From a virus (taxonomy: Duplodnaviria > Caudoviricetes): a DNA stretch of 64,000 bases. Positions 21,425-33,438 of this stretch are shown piece by piece. How positions within the stretch are numbered: position 1 is the stretch's first letter; every line of letters begins with the position of its first letter. The translations under genes and the position numbers were made by a program. The notes beneath the pieces were generated by a model, which was not told the origin of the DNA, did not search any database, and saw only the letters and a list, made by a program, of their open reading frames with translations. The stretch is taken from positions 94,101 to 158,100 of the IMG/VR virus record IMGVR_UViG_2706796752_000001. The stretch is one strand, 5' to 3'.

Positions 21425-22359
21425 TGAACAAAGAATTAGTGAAGTTGTACATGAAAGATAACTTCATGAATACAATTACACTTCCGGTTATTAAACGTAT
21501 GCTACCGGATTACGAAGTTGATGTTGAATTTGTGGACAAGCTTGATATCCACGCATTAGGAACACAAGCACAGTTAGTAAGTAAGATTATCGTGATAGGG
21601 CTACCTATCTACGAGAATGATGATTTCAAGAAGGCTATCGAGCCGCTGAACAATCCTTTTAGTGACTTCATACACATTAACACTTACGGGAAGAAAGTTA
21701 GTGTAGGTCGCTCTGTGGTAAGCGCAGACTTCCCACCTATCGTTTACCTGAGAACACTATTATTAACTAGTGAAATGACGACATTCCAGAATGTCAAAGA
21801 CAATTCTAAGTATGATTTTAACATTATCAAAGCTAGTAAGAACTACCAACAATGGAACGACGTCGATACAGACAACAATATCAAAATTCTCATGGCGTTA
21901 TACCGTGCGTTTGGGCGTAACATCACAGCTGTGTTAGAGGACAAGCCATTACAGGAGATTATGAAAGAGAATCTACCAGTAGTCAAGAGCCAACTTAAGC
22001 AGCAGTCAGACTTCATAGAGAAGAAACGACAGCAAACAAAATGGATGCGAATCGAGATTAACGGAGAACCTGTACAAGTTGGTACTGTATACGCAGAAGA
22101 CTGGACAAATGAAGTAGCTCACCGGAACCTTAAGGATATTGGCGGAGAGAATGGTGTTGCTCTGGTAGCTAGTACAACGAGAACATCTGACATGGTTCAA
22201 GTACGTACGAAAGGTGTAACAGTTGAACAGTTCTTCGCAGCAGCTAACATGAAGGATGGAACTACAGGTTCTGGTTATGTAGGGACAATGTTTTTACCTA
22301 CTGGTACAGCTAACGTAATTGCAGCAGCGATTAAAGCCATGGCAGAGAGTGGGGAGTAG
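21424..22359 (+). CDS. Hypothetical protein, possibly a degenerate DHH-fold
   Basis: Domain layout resembles DHH/DHHA1 but catalytic motifs are absent. Confidence 0.4.
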   Translation: MNKELVKLYMKDNFMNTITLPVIKRMLPDYEVDVEFVDKLDIHALGTQAQLVSKIIVIGLPIYENDDFKKAIEPLNNPFSDFIHINTYGKKVSVGRSVVSADFPPIVYLRTLLLTSEMTTFQNVKDNSKYDFNIIKASKNYQQWNDVDTDNNIKILMALYRAFGRNITAVLEDKPLQEIMKENLPVVKSQLKQQSDFIEKKRQQTKWMRIEINGEPVQVGTVYAEDWTNEVAHRNLKDIGGENGVALVASTTRTSDMVQVRTKGVTVEQFFAAANMKDGTTGSGYVGTMFLPTGTANVIAAAIKAMAESGE

Positions 22360-22519
22360 ATGTACGACGGATGGTCAGACGAAAAGGTACTGAAGGTATA
22401 TAGAGACTTTAAAGCAGCATTCTTAGACGATTCCCCTTGGAACATGATAAATAGAGCTCACTTCTTCCAATGTATGAAAGCAGCTGAAGAAGAACTAATT
22501 AAACGAGGAGTGTTAATGA

Positions 22520-23797
22520 ATGAAGAAGATTGAACTATACGAAGATGTGATTGCAGTACTAATGGGATACAGCAAGCGTGAACGCGGGGTAATCGACCGC
22601 ACGCTTGTGAATAAACTATTAACAGGACTAGGACGAGATAAGGTAACGAAAGAGGACTTACAGTTCTGTATCGATGACATTAACAACAGTGAATCACTTG
22701 CAGCTATTTATATGGCAGCTACGAACGGTGACTTAACCGTAGACAATATCGAACCTATTGGAAATGAGGTAGCTGTTGTAGAGGAAAATGTATTCTCTAT
22801 GGTCACGCCTCATATCATGGAGAGACAAAAACAAACCGAGTTCTTACGAGAATACAAGAAAGTACAACGTGAAGGTACAGCTCTTAAAATCTTAATGGAT
22901 GACCTTAAAAAGGAAATCGTAGCAGAGATTAAAGATTTACCAACACCTAAGTACTTAGCCGAGCCTAAGAACGTTAAGATTGCTGAGCATGGGAAAGCAT
23001 TGATTCTAGCATTCTCTGATTGGCATGTAGGTCTTGAAACGTTCCACAGTCGTACTGGTGACTACAATTTCGAGAGATTACAGAATTCGATTAACAGTGT
23101 AGTAGGTTGGGCTAAGCAGCAGATGGATACTCGCGTATTCGACGAGATTCATGTACTATTCTTAGGTGATATCATCGAGAACCAAGTTATGCGTAATACG
23201 CAGTCATTCGACTTAGAGTTCCACATGGCAGCACAGATTAGTAAATCTATCAGATTGTTCGTAGAGATGCTTAACGACCTGTCAGCAAATCATACGGTAC
23301 ACTTTAGTATGATTACAGGTAACCACTCACGATTCTTCCAAAACAAGAATGATAATCTAGCAAATAATAATGTTGAGTACATTATTCTAGACACGCTTAT
23401 CATGATTCAAGAAGAGTTGAACCAGATGCCTAACGTAGTAATTACTGACAATCGAAACAAGAATGATATGTTTGATATCGAGGTAGTAGGTCATCGCGTA
23501 GTAGGTACGCATGGTGACAAGATGCCTAAGGCAAAAGAGAAGATTCCAGTGTTTATGAAGAATGGTAAAACTATTAAAATCTTATTCTCTGGTCACTTAC
23601 ACTACCTAGACATTACACAAGAGTCATTCGGTCGTATGCACTACCAAGTATCGTCACCAGTAGGAGAAAATGATTATAGTAGCTCACTGAACCTACCAGC
23701 AACGATGCCATCTCAGTCTGCTGTTGTGTTATATCGTGGTAAAGAAACATATGAATCTACTACACTAATGTTTGGAGAAAACGGAGAGCTGGCATAA
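22520..23797 (+). CDS. Calcineurin-like metallophosphoesterase (Mre11/SbcD-like)
   Basis: SDWHVG, LGDIIE, GNH, THGD and GHLH motifs. Confidence 0.9.
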   Translation: MKKIELYEDVIAVLMGYSKRERGVIDRTLVNKLLTGLGRDKVTKEDLQFCIDDINNSESLAAIYMAATNGDLTVDNIEPIGNEVAVVEENVFSMVTPHIMERQKQTEFLREYKKVQREGTALKILMDDLKKEIVAEIKDLPTPKYLAEPKNVKIAEHGKALILAFSDWHVGLETFHSRTGDYNFERLQNSINSVVGWAKQQMDTRVFDEIHVLFLGDIIENQVMRNTQSFDLEFHMAAQISKSIRLFVEMLNDLSANHTVHFSMITGNHSRFFQNKNDNLANNNVEYIILDTLIMIQEELNQMPNVVITDNRNKNDMFDIEVVGHRVVGTHGDKMPKAKEKIPVFMKNGKTIKILFSGHLHYLDITQESFGRMHYQVSSPVGENDYSSSLNLPATMPSQSAVVLYRGKETYESTTLMFGENGELA

Positions 23798-23822
23798 GCT
23801 GGCTCCCTTAGGAGGTAATAGA

Positions 23823-24535
23823 ATGACTAGAAGACTAGTATGTTATAAAGATGTTTGGGAAACAGAAGAAGGTGAAACGTTTCGTGCGGCTATTAAACAT
23901 GATTTAGACATGCTCGAAGACAGTAAAGAACCAAAATTATCATGTTGCGAGGCTAGTGGACAGTTAGTATCTTGTGTTGTTAAGATGTATCCAAGTAAAG
24001 AGTTAGCTAGAACAGTTCGGAACGTGTACACTCCATTTAGATGTGAGTATATACCTAAGAAAGAATTCATCAAAGAGCTACTAATCCAATCAGGTAATAA
24101 ATACGCTATCGTAGAGAATGTTAAGATGGATGAAACGGGGTATGAGTTAGTATGACGAATATCGATTTAGTATTGTGTGTTATCGCAGCTAGTATCGGCG
24201 TTAACTACGGGTTGAAGTTACTAGGAGTTGTAGCACAGTTTAAAGAGATTAAAACTAAAGGAGAGACACCTTTGTACGGGACAGTATTGTTAGGTTTCGG
24301 GTTAACCTTAGTAGCTGAGATTGTGTTTGCCTTCTTTTACACACAACTCTACTTTAACTTTATCGAAATCTATTACTTAACAGCTATGGCGTTTGGTATC
24401 TCGCTATTCTTTATTAAAAACATAGTAGCTCACTACACCGCGTATGGGTACTGGGCAATTGTAGTTAAGAAGAATGAAAAGAAATTCAAAGAGAGCTTAA
24501 AAAGAGATATTAAGAAAATGGGAGGAGAGGCTTAA
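23823..24535 (+). CDS. Hypothetical protein (23823-24155) and membrane protein (24152-24535)
   Basis: The second ORF has three hydrophobic segments. Confidence 0.65.
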
Positions 24536-24581
24536 AAAGTCTCTCTTTTTTGTTGACTTTTTTAAAATAGTGTGCTATATT
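24524..24581 (+). promoter_or_regulatory. Terminator plus sigma-A promoter
   Basis: GGAGAGGC/GTCTCTC plus T-run; TTGACT(24553)-17-TATATT. Confidence 0.7.
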
Positions 24582-24610
24582 AGTAATATAATAATTAAGG
24601 AGGAGATAAC

Positions 24611-24880
24611 ATGAGTGAAGTTAAAACAGGTTATTTTGTAGATGGTGGTAATGGAGGTTTATATCGTAGAATCCATTGTGTAACAGACGGTGATGATTTC
24701 ATTGAGGTTGGGACAGCTTTTGATGAAGAACAGCGATTCGCGTTTAATATTGAGATGCATTACTCATCTAGTGACGAATCAGGGGAGAATCCTTCTATCA
24801 ATCTTACGCCAGAAACAGCTAAACTATTAATTCAAGATTTAGAAGCATACATTCGTGATTGTGAGGAGGATGTAGAATGA
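24611..24880 (+). CDS. Hypothetical protein, Cys-x-Asp paralog family
   Basis: IHCVTDGDDFIEV...INLTPETAKLLIQDL. Confidence 0.7.
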   Translation: MSEVKTGYFVDGGNGGLYRRIHCVTDGDDFIEVGTAFDEEQRFAFNIEMHYSSSDESGENPSINLTPETAKLLIQDLEAYIRDCEEDVE

Positions 24881-25887
24881 CTTTAGAGAAACATGTACAT
24901 GATGAAGGTAAAGGTTTTCATTTACCATTAGGAATCGAATTGAAACACTTAGTTCGAGAAAAAGAACTAATCGATTACGGGATTGCGATTAAAGACATCT
25001 ATGACGTTATCAAAACTGAGTTAATTCATGAAGCGAGACAAGGTAAAACACAGTACATGTTACCAAAGGGTAACGCAAATGAGATGGGAATTGGATGTAT
25101 ATTTGAGTCGAAAATTATCCGTCAAATGATAATCGAGGAGCTTCATTATAACAAGATAAAAGTATACCGAAAACGAAATGACACGTTAGGAGTATACGGG
25201 TTAGAATTTCAATGGGAGGTGTAATGAATGACAGGTGTTATCGAGAATGCAATGCCTCATTTGTCAGGTAAGTATTTACGTTATACGAAACAGGGCGCAA
25301 TCAGTGTAGGAGGGGAACCTCATTACATTGTAGACCTTATCAAAGAACATGACGGTACGATGTATGCAATCGTATTTAAAGCTCATACGCCGCATCCAAA
25401 AGGGGTTACTCCTAAGAAGAAGGCAACAGCTAAGAGTGAACGTATGAATCCATTTAGCATTAATACAACATTAGGAGCTTGGGCGAATAGTAAACTACCA
25501 GCTAAGTATAAGAAGCAATGGGTAATTGATGACCCATTATTCGTATGCCCTATTGTCAATGGTGTATCAACTTTATCCGGTCGACGTGGACAAGGTTTCT
25601 ACGAACGTGAACCTGATGTACTTAAACCTCGTGGTGGTGAGCTGGTTATGGTTCGTGGCGATTACACAGGCGTATTTATTCATTTAAACGATGTATACTG
25701 GTTCAATGAGTTCTCTGTAGGAGTCAAGAATATTGTACAAGCCTTGTCTATGCAACAGGGAGAGTTTATATCAGACTTCTATGACCTAGAACATAGTAAC
25801 GAAAGTGTAAGTAGTCCATTGTCACGATATTACGAAGTACTAGATAAGGGGTTGGAAGAAATTGATGACCAAAGAAGAGTACGATAA
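24877..25887 (+). CDS. Hypothetical proteins (24877-25224, 25228-25887)
   Basis: RBS-supported ORFs. Confidence 0.65.
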
Positions 25888-27480
25888 AAGAATGGATGAA
25901 CTGGTTTACGAACGGGAAGAAGCTTTTGCTAACGGCTTCTACGGTCGTGCCGATAGAATCCTAGAAAAGATGATTGATTTAGTAGATAAACAAAAGAGGT
26001 CACGCGTATGAGCGAGTACAACCCGTACGGAGGAACGAAAACTGTTATTAGTAGTTTACCCGTCGAAACTAAATTCTACGTCTGTAACGGGTCGTGGAGA
26101 GGTTCTATCGTAATGAAAGACGGAGTTAAACAATTACAAATAGGTACAGGTAAATACGCATCATATCGAAAGTTTGAAGGAGAGTACAAGAATCACCCAT
26201 TATGGATTGATATTGAGGAGGAAGGTAAATGACACCAGAGGAAGCTAGGGAGCTAATTAACAATGCTACAGATGAAGAGATTTACGACGTGTTAGATGAG
26301 ACGAAAGATGATATTTGTAGAGCTGTACGTAACAGTTTCTGGTCAGATATTGATAACTTAGTTAGAAAGGCTAAAGCTATGGAAGCGGAACTTAGATGGA
26401 GACAAAATGAACGAGAAGCGAGGTTCGGACGATGAGTAATCCACATGAATTTATCACTACTAGTTTAAATGAGTTGCACGCAATTAAGCATAAGCTTAGT
26501 TTATTAGATAAAATGGCTACCATGGCTGCTGATGCAGGTATGTGGTCCGCTCTAGCTGGAATTAGAGAAGAGGAGGCGAGATTAAATGAGCTCAGAAAAG
26601 CGTATTTCTTTTATGAATGATTGGAAGCATGAGATTATAGGTATCCCTGATGAGACGTGTAACATTGAATTAATCAAGAAAGACATCAAACACATTCGGA
26701 ACGCTATTAAAGATGCAGCTAATCGCAGCTACTGGAACTCTGTTGTTCACTTTGGTACATTGGCGCAAAAGAAAGAGGAAGAGCTTGCAGCACTAGAATC
26801 TAAGCAGGACTTGTATAACACTTTAATCGGAGCTAAGCTATGACAGAAGAAGAAAAAGTAGAACGGTTTTGGGAGATATTCACAGAATTTCAACTAGCAG
26901 CAGGAATGACACATCAGGAGGCTCTCGATTACGTTATTGCAGAACTACAATACGACCTAAAATGTAAGGAGAGATAGTATGTTTAAGTTTTTTAAGAATA
27001 AGAGATATTATTATAAGACATGGACAGGCGAAACTATCAATAGTGAGATACTTGTCTATGGTAAACTGTATAAGGTGAAGATTTATCCTAATGAGATTAA
27101 ACGTAGAAACGGGTGGCTTGACGTAGAAGATGTTTACATGGAGTATTTTATACGACAAGAAGATTTCGATAAAGGGTGGCATATTCAAGCAGATAGTTAT
27201 ACGACAGCATTAATGAAACTAACAAGACACTTGACTGAGGAGGGGACTTATGTCTACTAAAACATTAACAGTTCGGGAAGCAATTGCTTATATGAGAAGA
27301 GCCGCAGAATTTAATGAAGATGTACTAGATATGCCTTTGCAGATTGTTATGAATGAACCGTCGCTAGGTGCAAGAGTATCAGTAGGAGTGAAAGGCTTAA
27401 CGATGGGTATCGATTGGGATTATGGTAGATTCATGATTACGCCTCAAGAAGGTTTAGTAAGGAAGTCGAAGATACGATGA
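25865..27480 (+). CDS. Cluster of small hypothetical proteins (25865-26011, 26008-26232, 26229-26435, 26432-26620, ~26613-26843, 26979-27260, 27250-27480)
   Basis: Overlapping ATGA-coupled ORFs. Confidence 0.6.
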
Positions 27481-28193
27481 GTAAACAAACATTCTATGAA
27501 GATGATGTGAAACAGCTGGTACTTAATAATAAGCGGCTGTTTCTCCCTTTTAAAGATATGAAATCTGTTGTGCTTAGTGAGAAAGGTATCGACATCAACT
27601 CAGTAATTGCAGACTTGTTAATCTTCCGTAGTGATGGTATATTGATAGGAGTGGAAGTTAAGACAGCTAGAGACTCGACTACACGCCTTAACAAGCAGCT
27701 TAGGGCATACAGTAAGATATGCGATTTAGTCTACGTTGTATGCGAAGATAAGCACGTTGAAAAGGTAGATGCTATTATTAAAGAGTACAAGCATCATGGA
27801 GTAGGTATTATTGCTTATACAGAGTTCCGCGGTGAAGGTATTCTCGGTATGTATAGTGAAGCTTATCCATCACCTAGACATGATGTGAAGGCAGCATTTA
27901 ATTCATTGTTCTGGAAAGAGGAGCTACTTAACATTGCTGGTTCCTTTAAACGACAAGTATCTACATTATCCGGTGATGGTGCTAAAGTAGGTTCCGCAGA
28001 TAGCCGAGGAGCAATCGGTATGAACGGTCTACTTGTTCAGTCTGGTGTGAGTTCTCGTATGAAGAAGAGTCAGATTGCATCACATATTGTAGAACGATTA
28101 GGACCAGATAGAGCTAAACATCTACTATGCAATATGTACATCAATGGTAAGATGCACCCAGAGAAGACATTAAATAAATATTATTTCCAATAG
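27477..28193 (+). CDS. PD-(D/E)xK-like protein (sce7726-family-like)
   Basis: IADL...GVEVKTARDSTTRLNKQLRAYSKICDLVYVV. Confidence 0.75.
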   Translation: MSKQTFYEDDVKQLVLNNKRLFLPFKDMKSVVLSEKGIDINSVIADLLIFRSDGILIGVEVKTARDSTTRLNKQLRAYSKICDLVYVVCEDKHVEKVDAIIKEYKHHGVGIIAYTEFRGEGILGMYSEAYPSPRHDVKAAFNSLFWKEELLNIAGSFKRQVSTLSGDGAKVGSADSRGAIGMNGLLVQSGVSSRMKKSQIASHIVERLGPDRAKHLLCNMYINGKMHPEKTLNKYYFQ

Positions 28194-28410
28194 GGGGTTA
28201 CGATGTTTAAGACAAAAGAGGAGTTTGAACTAGAGAAACGACAACATATGGTTATGAGAGAGATGGTAAAGTGTATGTTACTATGTTTAGTAGGGTTCCC
28301 TTTAGCTTTCTGTCTCTTGGTAATCTTAAAGTTTCTACAATATATTTAAATTAGTAGTTTACAAACAAAAGATAGTATGATAGAATGAAGTTAGTTAAGG
28401 AGGAGATAAC

Positions 28411-28713
28411 ATGTTTGCAATTACACTTGATAGAGATAAGTTGGACGAGCTTTGCAGCAAGAATACTAAAACATTAACAGAAATGGCTCTTAAACTAGCA
28501 GAAGAAACCGGAGAGATTGCTCAAGCAGTACTATCTGTTGAGAAGGCTCAGGGAAGTGCATACAAAGCGAAAGATGTAGCGGATGTAATCGAAGAACTAG
28601 TTGATGCAACTATGGTCATCGAGTCTATGTTACATCGACTTAAGGTAACGGACAGTGAGTTTAACGCAGTGTTCAATCAAAAACTTAAGAAATGGGAGGA
28701 GAAGACAAAATGA
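28411..28713 (+). CDS. MazG-like nucleotide pyrophosphohydrolase
   Basis: LKLAEETGEIAQ...EELVD (EExxE / EExxD); own promoter TTTACA(28358)-17-TAGAAT. Confidence 0.85.
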   Translation: MFAITLDRDKLDELCSKNTKTLTEMALKLAEETGEIAQAVLSVEKAQGSAYKAKDVADVIEELVDATMVIESMLHRLKVTDSEFNAVFNQKLKKWEEKTK

Positions 28714-30587
28714 CGGATTCATTACAAGTAGGGCAAATTGAGGTATTTACAATCGGAGACATCGAGGAGCAGTTTTACCGACTAGGTATCAAACCAGTAA
28801 CACATTTAAAGTTTATCAGTCACACAAAAGAAGTTAAAGTAGCATCATTAACTCCGGCTGACTATACTAAACTAGTAAATGATATGTGTATCGATGATAG
28901 CAACTGGAAAGATGCTGGATGGAGTAATCCTGTCGGAAGCAACTTAGGCGTACCTACACACATAGCTACAGTTAATGGTCATGACATGTTATGTTGGTTA
29001 GAAGATGACTTAAATGATGACGATGAAGCTATTCTGAACGGATGGTATGTAGATATCTTTGAATACCTAGATATCGGTGTTGGTGCTACAACTTTTAAAA
29101 ATGCATCAGCAGTAATCAAAGACCTAGCTAAGTACAATAGTATGTCAATCACTAACTTCTTAATGAAGTATGTACAGGATGGAAAGATTTATTTATCTAG
29201 AGTGTTTATCCCTATTGATGGAGAACTGAAAGAGGTTACATTACACGGCACAGAATCTGGGCGTATAAGCTCTAAGGAGGAAAACTAGTATGACAGAACG
29301 TAAACATGCAGTTACAGTAGGTGGTTGTGGTTCGGATGACACGCTAATGGTAGAAGTATATAACGACTTTGAACACAAAGTAGGGTACGCGTATAATTAT
29401 GTTAAAGTAGCTGATTTAAAAGAACAGCTAAAAGCAGTGAATATGAGATTGGTAGACGATAATGAGCCAAGAGATACACGTATGTTCCGTGTGTACAAAA
29501 TGAACGATTGTGATGTTGTAGCAGCTCGTGATGAGCGTGAGGCGAAGTCTTTCTACAAACAAGAGACTGGAATCGACCTAGAAATTGATGATGAGTATTA
29601 CGAAGGAGAAATCTCATTAAACGAGACGATGTTATTAGATGTTAATGAAGTGCCGATTGAGGACTACAGGGTATTCGGTTTTGAGTTTGTAGAAGTGTAT
29701 AACACGAAGTACTTCCGTACACCGTACTGGTATGTAATTGGTTGGCATAACATAAAAGAACCAACAGTAATCAGCTCAACGGAGGCGTTCTAATGAAGAA
29801 GACACATATATTACAAAATTCCATTGTTTTACGAGATGAAAACAATATGAGAGCCGTTGATATGCCTAAAGGTACAGAAGTAGCCATTCTTCATAAGTTC
29901 GATGAAGAGAGCTACAGCGAAGGTAAAGCTGTTGTTATTTTTGATGGTAAAGAAGCAATAACTGTAGCAGCGAATATAGTTAATGAGAAAAAACTAACAT
30001 TAAAGCAGCATCAAGCCCTATGCCCTAAACACGCGAATGAACTATGGAGCACGTTCCCATATGAAACTATTATCATGAAGCGAGTATATACTAAAGAAGA
30101 GTGTGATGCATGTAAGGAGGAGTTCCATGGCTAAGTGGGTTCGAGTAGAGTATACAGAAACGATTCGTTCTGACTGTTATGTTAAGGCAGATAGCATTGA
30201 TGAAGTGAAAGACCTTATCCGAGCAGGAAAAACTTATGAGGATGATATTCTGGAGGCAGATTTAACTCTAGATACTGTTGTTACCATGTCAGATAAAGAG
30301 ATTGAAGAGGCGGGGTTATAGTGGGTATCAATTATACAATCGCATGTCATACCTGTAAGAAGAAAATAGACTTATCTTTCCGCAGTTATTCCCGTGACTT
30401 CATTGCTAAGGTCGCAGGAGATATGATGATGTATTCGCATATCACACATCATATGCAGATTGTTCATGATATTACCGGATGGGATGAAGAGTATGATAAG
30501 ATTGAAGAGTTGGTCCAGTCTTATCAAGATTTTAGTGAAACAGAAATAAAAGATTTTATAGATGGTGTTATCGGTGAAGAAGAGTAG
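28710..30587 (+). CDS. Five hypothetical proteins (28710-29288, 29290-29793, 29793-30134, 30127-30321, 30321-30587)
   Basis: Coupled ORFs with RBS. Confidence 0.6.
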
Positions 30588-32351
30588 CTTTAATTCTCGT
30601 TCACATTCCCGTGGGTTAGGCGCTCGCGGGATGAACGGGTTAAATGACAACGGACGTAACGCTATGCAAGGCGTACTGAAGAAGACTTCCGGTAATTACC
30701 GTGTAGAGTTCATTGAAGAGTTTAAGAACGTCACAGAGCGTAATGTGGAGCTTAAAGAGAAGTATGCACTAGAGTTAGTAGCTAAGCATACAGGAACTAG
30801 TATCGACATTATCAGACTAGTACCAAAAAGAAACGGAGAAGTTGTAACTTTAACTTGCCTTGATAGTGTTTACTATGTTAAAATAGGTACAACGATACTT
30901 GGTAAGGTTAGTATAAGGGTACAAAGAACGTTCCGAGGACGAAGTATTATGATAGTTTATAAGACTAAAGTACTTAAAGAGTCTGGAGAACGTAAAGCTT
31001 ATACGAGAAACGATACCTTCGTTAAGAAAACAAAAGGGGAGATAGCACATGACAAACGAAACCATTACAGAAACAACTAAATTAGACCGAGTTAAACAAA
31101 TTTTAACATACGGTGATATGAAGATTTTAGGTATTCATTACACAAATGCTTACTTTGCTAAGAACCATATCACTCGCAGCTTCTACATTAAGGAGTTAAC
31201 TAAGATTGAGAGTGACAGAATTGACATTGGGTTCTTCTTACGATTACCTTATAACGACTTCCCAGCACTAGAATATACACTAAATATGTTCGAAATCTCA
31301 GGTAAAGGCGATGTGATGGGATATATTGCAGAGGGAGATATGCTGGACAAGCCACATCTAGAAGAAAAGATTACAAGTCACATGAGTTTATTCACAGCTG
31401 ATATGTTTGTTTCTCTAGAAAACCCTAATGTGGTCATCAAACCTCACACAATTAACAAGTATAAGGTGTACGAGGTTAAAATCAAGGACACAATGTTCAT
31501 CGATGAGCTAAATATTGACCAAGAAATCACGTTAATCATTGGTGATGCTAACTTTAATAGTGTTATCGGACTACTATCTACAGGCGAACCTACGATTAAG
31601 GACGTTAAAGTGTTTCTAGACTTACTTTCTAGCAAAAATGTTACAGGAAAAGCCTTCACAGGTATGATGATTGATACTCCGACGACGTTAGTTACGATGG
31701 AACCACGCACAGAGATGATGAGTATCCGTAAACGAGTAGGTACCGCTGGATATAACATTGAATCTGAAGACTCTACTGCATCAATTACAGGGTTATTTTT
31801 AGACGGAGTTAACAAAATTGTTGTTGATACAGACGGAATTACAAATGAAAAGTACATTGAGTTAAACAACGATGAGTTAGATACGTCAATTACTTTATAT
31901 TTCGAGGTGTAATTATGGAAATTAAAGAGACTTTAGATAGTTTAAATCAAGAGATTGCAAATACTATCCTAAAATTAGGAGCTAAATCTAGAGAACAAGC
32001 AGGGATGTTGTCTAAGTTAGGTGATATCAGCGAAGAAATTGTGTATTTGAGTGCTATCTTAAAACAATACGAGGAAGACAGAAAGCGATATGAACGAATG
32101 AAGCGTATCGCAGATGCTGAACGTAAAATCACAGACCTTGATTGTGTCATGTTAAAGATGGGAGCGAGATTGACATGATTAGTATAGACCCTTTTAGTCG
32201 AGATGGATACATGAATGATTGTATCTGGGTAGGTGGATGTATTGGATTCTTCGGTTTGTTATTTGGAGGATTGATTATCCATGGCACAAAGGAATTGAAC
32301 ACCGGATTATGGGTAAAGTTGTATAAATCCGTTAAATTAAGGAAGTTTTAA
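30562..32351 (+). CDS. Basic protein 30562-31080, 287-aa protein 31049-31912, coiled-coil protein 31915-32178, small membrane protein ~32175-32351
   Basis: Coupled ORFs. Confidence 0.6.
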
Positions 32352-32357
32352 GTTGAG

Positions 32358-32390
32358 AAAGTCTCACTATCTAGTGGGGCTTTTTATTTT
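32358..32390 (+). terminator. Rho-independent terminator
   Basis: AAAGTCTCACTA/TAGTGGGGCTTT plus T-run. Confidence 0.7.
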
Positions 32391-32648
32391 GTCTTGTTCG
32401 CGTTATTTACGAATATCTTGTACGACCTGTATTTTGTTTAATATCGTAAACGTAGTAGCTCCCTAAAATACATAACAAAGTAGTAGTGTTTTTTACATAA
32501 TTTACGTTTACGTTCCAAACAAGGTAATGCATCCGCTATATTAGACATAGTAGCAAAGACAGCTGTCATTACAGTGTTCTAAGCATATACAATTCATGCA
32601 AGATATTCCAAAAACGTAGACCATTAAGGTCAAAAGGAGACTATTAAA

Positions 32649-33344
32649 ATGACTAAAGATAAAAAGAAATTACAAGCAAGTTCGGTATTGGTGCAGCTAT
32701 ATAATAACAAGAAACTAGTAACCAAGGTAGACAATATGTTAGATGATGGTAGAACGTACGATTACATTATTGCTTTCTGTGAGGACCAAGGGTTCACAAT
32801 TAGTAAATCTTCTCTAACAAACTATAAGAAGAAGCGTGAGGAAGCTATTACAGAAGGCGTACCGTTAATCTCTTTACTTGACAAACGTGCAAAGGATAAC
32901 GTAACATATATTAGTGATAAGAGAGTGCAAGAATTTAATGAAGAGTCACAAGCAGCAGCAATGCCCTTCGGTGCAGTTGATAAAGTGAACAACGTATTCA
33001 ATGATGTAGAGTTCTTAGATACAGTTATCGCTAAAGCATTTGTAGGATTACAAGAGTTTGATATTATCGATATCCCTCTAGCAATCAAAGCTATGGAAGT
33101 TAAAGCTAAGATTACAAACAACGCGTTAGGCGGTCTATCAATCTCAGCATTAAAAGAAATGTCTATTAAAGTGAGAGCGAAGGAATCAGCATTAACTGAA
33201 GTTGTTATGAAGTACGTTCCGGAAGAATATCATGATGCTCTATTCGCAGACCTAGAGTTAGCAGAGAAGTCATTCTATGAGAACTTAGATTTAACAGAAG
33301 AAGATAGAAGAGTGAAAGATGCAATGCAAGCATTCGGTATTTAA
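32649..33344 (+). CDS. HTH-type DNA-binding protein (possibly a small terminase or late function)
   Basis: GRTYDYIIAFCEDQGFTISKSSLTNY HTH-like N-terminus; preceded by a putative late promoter at 32533. Confidence 0.5.
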   Translation: MTKDKKKLQASSVLVQLYNNKKLVTKVDNMLDDGRTYDYIIAFCEDQGFTISKSSLTNYKKKREEAITEGVPLISLLDKRAKDNVTYISDKRVQEFNEESQAAAMPFGAVDKVNNVFNDVEFLDTVIAKAFVGLQEFDIIDIPLAIKAMEVKAKITNNALGGLSISALKEMSIKVRAKESALTEVVMKYVPEEYHDALFADLELAEKSFYENLDLTEEDRRVKDAMQAFGI

Positions 33345-33356
33345 TAGAAAAACTTT

Positions 33357-33396
33357 TAAAAGAGTCCTTGACGGGGCTCTTTTTCTATGTTAAGAT
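33357..33396 (+). promoter_or_regulatory. Terminator hairpin with the -35 box in its loop, plus sigma-A promoter
   Basis: AAAAGAGTCC-TTGAC-GGGGCTCTTTT; TTGACG(33368)-17-TAAGAT(33391). Confidence 0.75.
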
Positions 33397-33438
33397 ATAA
33401 GTAAGTTAAGAAAACAAATTACTTGGAGGTAGTTAAAT

